DNA of 64,000 nucleotides from Curvularia clavata (Eukaryota): NCBI GenBank assembly GCA_023920165.1, contig CP089278.1, positions 1,674,001 to 1,738,000 of the forward strand, read 5' to 3'. Shown piece by piece: positions 49,541 to 60,737 of this stretch (position 1 is its first letter; each line of letters starts with the position of its first letter). The notes under the pieces were generated by a model. It saw only the letters and a program-made list of their open reading frames with translations, ran no database searches and was not told where the DNA came from. The position numbers and the translations under genes were made by a program.

Positions 49541-52402
49541 TCACATGACCAGACATCCAACGCCGTACATTTGCTTCTCCACCGCGCTCTTGATTTGATA
49601 CCAGTCGGCTCTTCTCTCCGCAAACTCATACACCTCTTCCGCCCGAAAAATGCCGTGGTACCGATCCGTATCCGCAATAATGGTCGCGATTTCTTTGGCC
49701 TGCTTGGCATCAATGAGGTAGATTTGCGAGAGCTCGCGCAGCGCTGCAAAGTACTGGATCAGCGGTTTGTTGCGTAGCGATACAATGTACGTATTATATG
49801 CATTCATGTCACTGCTAGACTTAGTGACCGGCTCGGTTTGCATCTGGGGTCAAGTGACATTACCTAATGAGCCGGATGGCGCCGTCCACACTAATTCTTT
49901 GCCGCTTCAAGTGCTTGCAAAGGGCAGTGAACAGGCGCACTCCGACTTCCTGGTTGAACACATCCAGCACGTTCTTGTCTGTGCTGCCAATGAGCATGCT
50001 CGTGTGTGACGATACAACCTCCACAATCTTGAGTGCCGTCTGGCTGGGCCCAATATCAGACATCTCCACTACTCCATTGGGTCCCACGGGTGGATTAAAA
50101 TCTGAAGGGCTTTGCGTGGTACCGCAAAGATACTCAACCTCATCCATCAGCACGTCGATGCCTTTGTTGAGGCCTGCAGCAACGCTCTCGTCTAGCTGCG
50201 CCTCGAACCGCTTCTTCTCCTTGGCTGCCAGACTGAGAAAATCATCTCGGTCCGTCAGGTTGGCTGCCACAAGTTCTTGGAGGTAAAAGACGTCGACCAT
50301 TTGCTGGATCAGGTCTCCGACATTGACAAGCTCCAAGAAAGCCACAAGCGGTGCAACTCCCTCTTGGCTATGGTCTGCAACCTCTCTGGGCTTGTAGTCA
50401 GCCAAGTGGTTGACAGCCTTGTCGAAACCCAGCTTCATATGACGATTGCCCAGAATCTGGACAAGGTGAATGAAGATCTGTTCCGACTGTTCTTTTGCTT
50501 CTTCTCCAGACTGGCCGCCGAGCCGGACGAAGCGTGCAGCACGTTCGAGACTGGCCTTGGCCATGTGTGTCAGATTTAGAGCAACCTCGATGCTGAAAAG
50601 CGATCGGATTCCCTCCAGCCTCGAGTTCATAATGGCGGCCTTGGCAGCAAGCTCCGTTGTGGGGGCGTCAGGACGTGGGGTTGACGACCGATCGCCAGGG
50701 ACCGGAGTTCCGCTTCTCGACGTCGGCTCCAAGACACTGTTTCGGTTTGTACCCGTTGCACTGCCCCCAGGCTTGCTGGCACCCGAGCCACCCATGGTGG
50801 GCAGCACGTTGACAGGCATCATGACCACCTTTTTGAAAGACGACAAAAAGTCTTGCTTGACTGCCTTTCGGTTTACATTGGCCATGAAGCGAGTTTCGGT
50901 GGTTTGCTCTTCTTCTCGCAGTCGCTTCTCCCAAGTGTCGACCTCGGCTTCGGATTTGCGCTTGAAGTAATCCAGCTCCTCTTGCAAGTACAGATCGACA
51001 TGCGGCTCGAAGCAGCGCATGATGATGCGCATGACCTCTTGTTGGAAGTCTGACTTGGAGGCTTTGGTAGGACGCAATGACATGGCAAGCTGGACGGCTT
51101 GGTCGAAAACGCCAGCAACGGCTTTCAAGTATGTTTCGATACTCGCATCGTGAGCTTCGTCAAACAGAGTGGTGAGGTACTCCGCAATGACATCGTCTGC
51201 AACGCGTTCCAAGAAGGTCTGTAGAACATCGACAGTGGGTGGAAAAACACGATCAATGATTTCAGCTTCGTTGTTGAGCTCAGTGGCTAGGCCCTTGAAG
51301 AACTTATGCGAGGGCTCCAAGATGAGTTCGCCACTTCGCAGGCAGTCTGACGGGTCTCCAAGCCTCTCCTTATCCAACATCAATGGGTGGTTGTGGATGA
51401 AAGAGTCCAGACATGCTGCACCACCATTTAGAGTGACGAGGACGGACGCAAATCGCTTCATGCGGCCGTCAAAGTCCTTGTCCATGTAGCCTTGCTCAAA
51501 CTCGCGAAGCACGGCGTTTTCAAAGATGCCCGTCATTGTGTCGAGCTTTTCCTCGCGCTGATGCCAGCCTTGGGCGAAGTCGCTCTTTGCAAATATCTTG
51601 AGCTGGGCCAGCATCTGAGCTTGCTGTTCGGGGTCGCGATATGTCCGAAAGAGTATGGGATCGGTATGACTTCGTGATCTCTCTATGTCATAGTAGAAGG
51701 GAGCCAGGGCACCATAGATCTTGCCATACTCTTGTCGTGCCATGCCGCGTATGGAGCGCACATTTGCTATGACCTTGACAGCCGCCTGCGGATCGACGAG
51801 GTAGGAACTTGGGGCCAGTGTCCCGGCCGCTGACAGCGTCATGTCGTTGAAGCCTTTGTCGAGCGTGGTCGAGCGCGGCCGTCTCTGGTGGTCCTGCGAC
51901 TTCCGCAGCAGGTCCTCTTCTACGGTGGCATCGAACAGGGTCATGCTGGTGCTGCCCACGTGACCATCTCCTGACGGCATGCCGCTGGCCGTGGCGGTGC
52001 TGCCATTGTGTCCAACACTCGCGACATGTGCCTCGTCCGCTCTTTGTGCCTGTAGCTTCTTCCGCATGGCCTCTTCAAACCGCTGCTTGGCCTCTGCCTC
52101 GTTCCAGCAGCCCATGCTGCGGAGCCTCTGCTGCCACCTCGTGTCATCGTAAACCATCTCACGCATGCGCCTCGAGGTGCGGGCAAAGCTGAACATGTCG
52201 GCGACGGGCAGGTAGTCGAGGATGGTGTTGATGAGCTCTGCAGAGACACACAGTCAGACGACGTGATTCCACATACCGCATAGTCCGTACCTGCAGGCAG
52301 TACCGCCTTGGAGTCGCCCACGAGCTGCGTGGTGCGCAGCGACGCCAGGACTGACGTCTGCGTTTGGGGCACCGCCCGCTTGAAGTTTGACTTTGGAGGC
52401 AT
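49541..52402 (-). CDS. RCY1: F-box recyclin Rcy1/Pof6 (Sec10-like domain)
   Basis: F-box LPA|ELINTILDYLPV followed by a long helical Sec10-like region and C-terminal EEVYEFAERRADW..C. Two introns. Confidence 0.88.
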
Positions 52403-54245
52403 GACTGTCTGCCGTGGTGAGAGACAATGGCCTCGTCCTCCTGCTCCTACTAATCACTACAATGTCTTCTTCCAACAAGTACTTTGTCCATAGCCTGGGG
52501 CCCAGCGAAGTTTCGCGTGGCTTGTCGCGGGGCAAGAGGCTGTTTGCAGGTGAGGTGGAGCAGTGACGGTTGACGGGCTGGCGGCTATCGGCTGGCGGCA
52601 GGGTCTGGTCGATCCGGCATAGCACCAAACTGATCGCCCCGCCGCGGCTGCAGCCATCTGGCAACTACACACATACATGGCACGGGGGTCAAGTCATGGA
52701 ATGAGGCAATGTTTCCAGAAGGAACCGGGAGACTTGTCTCTGTTGGACACTTTGTTTTGGCAGGGCACTCTGGGCGTGCCAAGGGGGGAGTCAATTGACA
52801 TGAAGCCTTGTCAGGAGAGCAGATTCACACGGCAACACGGGTCAAAAGAGCAGAGTGCAAGAAGCAATGGTCCAGCCCCCCTTGGTGGGTGGGACAGAGT
52901 AATGACGAGGGTGGTGGCGGGTCGAGGCAAAGAAGCAAGGCGAACGGATGGTGCAGCATGTTCCAAAAGAAACAAGGAGGACTCGCATAAGCAAAGCTCA
53001 CACTTGCTATGTATAGAGAAGGGAGGGTGGGGTTATGCAAAAGCATGGCACTGGATGGGCAATGGCCACGTGGATAGGGCAGTATAGTAGAGAGAGGTCG
53101 AGAAGTTCTAGAAGCCCCTGATGGGCGAAACGAGCGTCACGGGAGGTCAGACTGGCGAGGCATGAGCAGGAATAGCATAGCATAAGGCGCGGGCAGCGGG
53201 CGAGGCAGTAGTGCTGCCAAGAGGGCCAATTCTGGGGCTGGAGATGCGTCGCGTCAAAATAATAAACACAAGGCGTGTCGCGAGCCAATTGATTGCGGCG
53301 TGTTTGTGAGCTATTCTTGCTGTGTGGGTGAGGCTAGCGGCCCCTGAGGGCAATGTTACAGCACGAGGACAAGTTGTGTCAGGCAGAATGGCGGCCTTCA
53401 GCCAGCCCTGGCAGGGCGGGCAGGGCAGGGCACACGACTACCAGTCACACAGGGTTTCGCCCGTAATGACGGCAAAAGGGATGAAACCTTGGCCGAGTGG
53501 TCGACGGAAGGTTTCAAGATGGGTTCCGCAGCACATGGCACGGCCGCCCACCACTATGACGACCCTCGACACCACGCACCCACACGCCGCCTGCTCGTAA
53601 AGGGCAGGCACACACACACACAGTGAGTGCTGTCCGGTACCTGCATGCGCTCGTCAGGGCGGGCCGACCAATGCGGCCATGGCGTGGGCTGGGGCGCTTT
53701 GGTGCGAGGGCTGGCCAGAACGTGACAACGCATTGCACGCCCGTCCGAGACGCGGCGACGCGCTGGCCCGATGACGGCATTATCAGCAGTCAAAGTGTGC
53801 AAAGGACGGCGGCAGAAAGGCGCGTCGCCAGCCGTGGCGGTGGCGGACGGTGGCCGAGTGGCCGTGCTTTGTGCTGGCAAAGAGTGAAGCAACAGGCAGG
53901 CGGCTTATGTTATCCGCGCACGGCCCGCCGGGGACTTTTTTGTCGACGACGCTTTGAGACGCCGGGAGCTGAGGCAGCCCGCCCATTGGCCGTTTCACAC
54001 GACAGAGTGGGGGCGCCAGCTGTGTCCTGTTGCATCCCCTTTCCCATTGTCTGCCCAAGAGTCATCCCAGAGAAGCAATGTGCAATTGCTTCACTCCGCG
54101 CGAGCACTGCTCCAGGCGTGCGCCGAAAAGGGCCACGTACCTGCGAGCTGCCCGTATGGCCCGTCCGTTGCCCCGTGGATGATGCATCATCGCGCAGACG
54201 TCAGTCCATGGTGATGCTGGGCTGGAGGACCATGACTTCTGCGAG

Positions 54246-54258
54246 TTAAATATATATC
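54246..54258 (+). promoter_or_regulatory. TATA-like element upstream of the small-ORF transcription unit
   Basis: TTAAATATATAT is an isolated AT island in GC-rich DNA, followed by a CT/CA-rich leader and the ATG at 54455. Confidence 0.45.
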
Positions 54259-54454
54259 TGCCAACCATCGGGCCACTGTCGCAACTACTGACACTCCCGC
54301 TGCACCGCTGCACTACAAACTTCAAAGACGGTCCTCTGCCAACCTTAACCCAGTCTCAGACATAGTCTCGCCGCTCCCCATTCATAAGCTCCCAGCCCCG
54401 ATCCGGACACTACCATCAAACACATACTACTACATTACACACACGACCGCCAAC

Positions 54455-54617
54455 ATGATCTTCTCCGCCATGAACAAGCCCAAGATGCCCGATGGCAGTG
54501 GCCCCCCAGGCGACGGTGGCAGTACGTTCAGCCCCGACACCCTCTCCTCTCCCTCAAGTTCCCAGTTGCTGACATGCTCCTGCCTCAGGAAAACCAATTC
54601 CCCATTGGGAAAAATGA
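54455..54617 (+). CDS. Putative spliced 31-aa micropeptide MIFSAMNKPKMPDGSGPPGDGGRKPIPHWEK
   Basis: ATG in caacATG context after a CA-rich leader. Canonical intron 54522-54588 (GTACGT...GCTGAC...CAG). PPGDGG resembles the PQPRDGG motif downstream. Confidence 0.5.
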
Positions 54618-55659
54618 ATGGATGGCTGCGCCATCTCGACCAATCAACACCCCCAATGCCTCTGCGTCTGCCCTGGCGGCCCACCATCACCAACATACGT
54701 CTCGTCTCCAAAACCGACTTTGCTTTCTCGCTCATCGCCATCACCACCATGCTCGCTTTTGCGCTTTGCACAGCATTGCGCTAGCTCGCCGAGTCCTGTG
54801 TGGTCGACAGCGAGAAATGGTCCTCCGGGGCGCAGCACTCAGTCGCCCAATGCGGAAAGCGCTGCTCTGCGCGGCTGTGTCAGACCCGGTGACCGAAGCA
54901 ACCGAAGCAGCAGTCCTCCCCCCAAAAAAACCCCCTCGCCCTCTCCCTCAAGGCATTCTGGACGACGCTCTCGCGGGGGCTATCCGCTACTTATCAACCA
55001 CCGGGGCCAAATCGCCAGGCTGCCTCGAGTCTGCCGTACCTGGCTCGCGCTTGGTGGCTTATGGGTTGCGGCTGTGCAGCACTGGGTCCGCGCCTGGCAC
55101 TAGCCCTAGGCAGCGAACGCTGATTTACCCTTCACCCATTCACCGGAGCGCACCTGACGCCCTTCTGCCTGAAAGTACTGCCTTAGCACTCGATGCGCAT
55201 TCACCTGCCGGGGGGCTTTGCGCAGCACTCCCGGTCGACTAAACCAGTCACCCTCGGTGTGACTGTCTTCTCAGCCTTCTAGAAGGACGCTACTTGGCAG
55301 TGCAGCCTGGCGGTCGCCTTGTTCGTCAGGGCACGCCCAATCAGCTCCCTGATTATGGCCCCAAGGGGCGCAGTCCATTGTCCTTTGCCAGTGTCTTTGA
55401 ATCACACGGGGCAGAATTCCATCTGGTCCTCTGCGTCACAGCCTGGAAGAAGGCAGTCATCGCCTGTTCTTGGAGGCTGGCCGTTTTATGACAGGCCTCA
55501 GGATTTGCGAGGTTATATCTCTTGAATTTCTCTCTGCTGTATACTATTACTACTACACATCACTACAATACAAACATCAATTACATCTACCATCTTCATA
55601 CAAGCCATACTCATCTACCAAGTCTGAACACACACATCACACTCCACTACTCCACCACC

Positions 55660-55812
55660 ATGAGACTAGCCATGACATGTCTTACTCTCTCCTACGGCGA
55701 CCCGCAGCCCCGTGACGGAGGAGCGCCGCATCCAGGTGCTCGACTGAGACAATCTTCCACCATGATGCTCTCCATGGCCGGCGATGGACCTCAGCCTCGC
55801 GATGGAGGCTAA
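55660..55812 (+). CDS. Putative 50-aa micropeptide with two GD(G)PQPRDGG repeats
   Basis: accaccATG start after a CA-rich leader. The two PQPRDGG copies differ at 5 third-codon positions, all synonymous. Confidence 0.6.
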   Translation: MRLAMTCLTLSYGDPQPRDGGAPHPGARLRQSSTMMLSMAGDGPQPRDGG

Positions 55813-57227
55813 TGGACCCTGAGCCACATCTACTTTTCGGTCCGTTCAGCTCTCTCTTTTCTCCACCAACATGTCCTAACATGGCGCAGTTCACATCGCC
55901 AGTCCATCCATTGACTGCATGATCCGACTCGTCAACAGGACCGGATCACCACCAGGGCTTGTTCACCACCAACTCGTACACGCCCATGTACCACCACCAT
56001 TGCTCCGTCTTCTTCTTGTTTGAGCATTTCGTCATACCATCCTGCAGCGTTCTAAAACATCTTCGGCGTCTGGTTTTCCTTGTTGTGTGTCTTTTTGGGG
56101 TGGGGAGAAACATGAGGCCCAAGTGCGTACATTTGGTGACTTTTTGGGACAGTCTCTTTTGGGATGCATAGACGGCGTTATCATAGAAGGCGTGGAGCTA
56201 CCTATTATTGGGATCTAGGGCCAGACTGACAGGCAGTCTGATGAAGTTACGGGGGTTTTTCTTTTCTATATTGTACGATTATGAGGTTTGAGCGAATCAT
56301 CCAAGATAGCATGCGTTGCCGCTAGAATAGAGTAATGGAAGGACATGCTGGTTACAAACGTGCTGCTGATTCACGTGACATGGGGATTGCGAGTCCTGAA
56401 AAGAGGCAATACTGCTCATCCCAAGGATTGCAGGTACAATGGCAGCTGTGGAGTGTGCGAGGTTGGAGGGGAGAAGTCGAAGTTGTCGCACGCCGCCCTC
56501 GTCCCCCACGCTGCCGCCTACGGTCTTGGCACAGATAACGATATTACACGCAACTTGCATGCATCCCCCATGCCTGCTTGCGTCACACAGTGGGATGCGA
56601 AGGAGGCATATACGTGCTGTCATATCGCTCTCTGAACCCTAATGACCACCGACATCTCCCTGCTACAAAAATAGAGCCCTCGTCCTATATATACAACATC
56701 TAGTCTACAGATGCATCGCATTTGCTTGTAAAAATATACATGCTTCCCCGCTCGGGTCTGTATGTACGTAGACCCTGTTGCTATTAAAAATTTAGTCACA
56801 GAAACCCCCAAAAAGACTCTGGCACGCGCGCGTAGCACACACCCAAGCATGGGAGACAAACTCCGCTGGTCAGAAGGCAGAACGTGCCACCCGTCGCTGA
56901 GAGCAAACCGTCTGGGCACGTCATGCCCAGGCGCCCCCGGTTTAGGGCATTGGTGCCCGTAGTGGTTAAAGAACAGACGGTTCTGCTGGGCGCGACCTAG
57001 GCTCTCTACCCACCAAGAATCTACGCCTAGTTTGACCTTGTTTGCGACAGAAGCCAAGGTCGGGGTTTTCCTTGCGATATAAGAACGTGGTTTGGTGGGC
57101 TGCTTTTGCATCTCGTCGCTTGGGTCCTTTGTTGCTTCCCGTTTTCACCTACACAAATCGCTGCCCCTCGCGACCGCGACAACGCTTTGCGACACTTGCG
57201 CTCTACAAGACTGCTCTGTACCTGAAA

Positions 57228-57732
57228 ATGGCGGCCCGACCCACTGAGCATCAGCGCGTGGCCTCACACGGACGCGGAGGTGCTGGTAAGTCATCCATCT
57301 CGCAGCGATTGCGTGGTGAGACTCGAAGAGGGGCATCACAGCACAGTCACCGCGCATGACTTGCTGGCTGTACATACTGACCCCTACCTCCAAGGCAACA
57401 TTGCAAAAGATGACCCCACCAACTATCCCAAGCCCGAGGATCTCGTCACCCCAACTCTCAAAGGCGATACGTATACGACTGGCCGCGGCGGCCAAGGAAA
57501 CATGGCACGCAACGACCGCGAGCACCCCGAGATAGCGCGCGCAGCTCAAGACGTCGAGGGCTCCCCCCAGCCAGAGACACAGGGCCCAAAGCACTATGGT
57601 CGAGGCGGCGCTGCCAACATCATCAACAACGAAGCGGCTACGCAGCAGCGCAATAGCGAGGAAACCAAGCGCGAGGAGAAGGGCCTGCTGGGAAAGGGGA
57701 AGGGCTTGCTGAACAAACTGGGCAAGAAATGA
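57228..57732 (+). CDS. DUF3602/Par32-like small protein with GRGG(A/Q)(G/A)N repeats
   Basis: SHGRGGAG|NI, TTGRGGQGNM and HYGRGGAANI repeats. Intron 57286-57393. Confidence 0.85.
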
Positions 57733-59458
57733 GACTCCATCTGTCCAAAGAAAAAAGACGGGGGGATTTCAGGTCTCCTTTTTGTTTGTTGACTTTCTTT
57801 TTTGGGATCGTGTAATATACCCTGGATTCGCTCTTCTTTTTGATAATGCGTCTCATTATCCTGAACAATCTGCACAATCGCCTCACTACGGAAACCATAT
57901 GGTTGATACATGAACACGCAACCTTATTCGTGATGTAGCGCACAAATTCGAACCTGTGCGATCTGCACAGACATGGGTGGCTTTATGTACACACGCCCCA
58001 GATCCGCTCCATGTGCATAAACCCTATCTTGCCCCGTCTGGATATACCGTTTTGTACAACACCAATAAACCCCAGGCGAGGCGGGCGCGCGGGGAGCAAA
58101 GCGTGAGCACTGCCTGTGTCCACAGTGGGCCAATAAATCCTACTCCTCCTTCTACGCCTCGTCCACCTTAGCACTGTTTCTATGAATGCTTTTTCACACA
58201 CCGTTGCTTCTTTCGATGCATCCATCGATCATAAAAGCATAAAACAGAATCATAAAAGCATAGTTGTCACACGCGGAAGAACTGCCGCGATCGGCGTATC
58301 CCCTTCACCTTTGCGAGTTAGCAGGATGTGGAGATGGTGTGCAGGGTAGGGTATTCGCGTGTATGTATGTACACCTAAATGTATGCTGTACGTAGGTGTA
58401 TGTATGTTGCGCTCAACTCCGCACATACGCCCCACGCATAACCACAGCCGTTCTGCAGCTAGTCGTATACCTTGTTCGGTGGCTTTTATCAGAGGCGGAG
58501 ATATCTACCCGGTGTGCTGATCCAGCGGCTTGGGAAGGGGAAGGGTCATACTCGGCTTTCGAGGCAACGTGCCGTAGGTGTAGATGGCAGAGGGGGTAGT
58601 ACAAAAGTCTCTTAAAACAAAATGTGTAGGGATGAGATGAAGAAAGCAAGATGCACATTTCCCCTCCGTCCGTGCCTTTTTTTCTCAACTGCCAAAGAAG
58701 TTCTAGAATGCTTGGATGCTTCACACAGATACTTGAATAGCTTTGATCAGAATTTCTTCCATCTCCTTTACAAAAAAAACAACATCCGTGTTCTCTGTGC
58801 TTATCTCGTGTGTGCAGTATGGAGATGCCCACCCAAATCCAACATCGGCACTCTACCTATCCACTCATCCACCCCTGTCCCTTATGTTCACGCCCTCTCA
58901 CCCCTCCCCCTCCATCGGTCCTCGTGCCCAACTCCAGACACTCGCCTCCGCGCGTGCATCAGACCAGTACGCAATTGTACCTTTGCCTCAAAGTGTAGAC
59001 TAGGAGATGCGCGAGCCCGAGAATCTGCCCATCAATCGCTCTTCTCCGAGTACCAGGGCACAGGGACAGGGTAAGTGTACAAAATCGCTTGCCCCGATTA
59101 CGTCCCATCCATCCATCTTTCCGTTGCGTGCGTGTGTGGTCGGCATTGTTTGCCACTGTAAAGCCAGGTCTTGAGCTTCGCTGCTCGACGTGGTTGGATG
59201 CCATTGGCTTAACGTACTCACTTGAATCCTACGCATGCGCGAGCTGCGGGGTTGCATGTACCAGTGAGATGGTTAGTCGTAGGTATAGTGGTGGTGGTAG
59301 GTGTAATAATGGTGTGTAAGGTATACCACGTATCCTAGTCCTCTAGCTGTCGCTGTGGTATATACATGTCCTGTTTCTCGCAATCGTGTCGGCACTTGGG
59401 TGTAGTATGTTTGGTTTCAACATTGAAGGGTGTAATTGAAATACAACTAATTAAAAAA

Positions 59459-60635
59459 ATGTCGACTACTACAACAGAAACCGAAACCTGGGTCCACTAC
59501 CACGACGGCGGCGTCCCAGGTCGACGACGCGTACTTACTGGCGCCACAGCGAAAGAGACATTTACCTCACTTCCCAAAATTGACTTTCAGCGCATCTACT
59601 CGGAAAATCTTGAGGAGAGAAAAGCGTTGGCGAGGGAAGTCGGCGCTGCATGTCGAGACGTGGGGTTCTTCTACGCGGTTAATCATGGAGTCGACGAGAG
59701 CATATTAGAAGATACATTCGCCGCGCTGGAGAAGTACTTTGCTCTTCCAAAAGAAATCAAAATGGAAACGCACAATCAGAAGACAGAAAAGTTTCGTGGG
59801 TATGAGGCGTTTCTCGAAGGAAGACTGGATCCGAGTACAAGGGGTGGTGAGTCTCTTCTTCTCCCCTTACCCACATATATACTCGTCTCGTTGTCTTCTA
59901 ACGCCCAAACCAGATCTCAAAGAAGGTTTCCTCATGGGCGAAGACTTCACTGACCCCGAACAACTCTCCCTTTTGTCCTCGACCCCCCTTCCACTTGCCC
60001 AAACCCCCCGAAACCAATGGCCTACACACCCCTCCGCCCTATTCTTCCGCCCAGCGCTCTACCGCTACTACCGCGCCATGTTCACCCTCAGCAAGCGCCT
60101 ACTCCACATCTTTGCTCTCGCCCTCGACCTGCCCGAGACATACTTCGACGACATGACCACGCACCCCATGACCAACGTACGTGCAGTACACTACCCACCG
60201 CAGCGCAGCCCGTCTGACGTCGGCATTGGCGCACACACGGATTTCTGCTGGTTTACTCTCGTGTGTCAATCACGCACCACATACCCGGCGCTCGAGGTGC
60301 TGAATGCCAATGGTATCTGGGTACCTGTACACCCAGAGCCCAACGCATTTGTCGTGAACATTGCCGACTTCTTGAAACTGGTGACAGGGGGCACGTGGAT
60401 GAGTACCGTGCATCGGGTGAGGAATATTGGCGGTGAGGAGAGGTATAGTATGCCGTTTTTCTTTAGTCCAAACGAGGACGCCAAAGTGAGTGTCGTGGAG
60501 CATTTGAGGAAGCCCGGGGTCGAGTATAGAGAGTTTGAGGTGGGTGAGTATTTTCAGAAGAGGTTAGATATTGACCGGAAGACGCATTTGGAAGCGGAGG
60601 ATGTGCGGCAGGAAGGGGAGAAGGTGGAGGCGTAA
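59459..60635 (+). CDS. 2-oxoglutarate/Fe(II)-dependent dioxygenase (IPNS/DIOX family)
   Basis: LPKIDF..ACRDVGFFYAVNHGV (DIOX_N), the HTD...H iron triad and the RYS 2OG-binding motif. Intron 59847-59912. Confidence 0.92.
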
Positions 60636-60737
60636 GGTGGGACAAGAGTGTAAGATACGGAGATGGAAGATGTCATGAATTGTACGCTGGATAATTATAT
60701 TGCTAGCATACCTGCACCTCCATGCCAATCAATCCAA

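Noticed and set aside
53623..55242. Long GC-rich ORFs (53623-54249, 54574-55242, 54618-55103)
   Set aside because: No recognisable domain or codon bias. Such ORFs are expected by chance in GC-rich DNA, and one starts inside the predicted intron.
57935..57962. GGTTCGAAT hairpin on the minus strand, resembling a tRNA T-arm/B-box
   Set aside because: No D-arm, anticodon arm or acceptor stem could be folded around it.
58480..59350. Possible TPP riboswitch upstream of the oxygenase
   Set aside because: The conserved CUGAGA and CUGAU..AAU..AGCG elements are not present in the required arrangement.
55660..60635. RiPP cluster made of the repeat peptide plus the 2OG oxygenase
   Set aside because: No signal peptide or Kex2 sites, no DUF3328 oxidase, peptidase or transporter nearby, and an unrelated Par32-like gene lies between them. 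Proximity alone is not enough.
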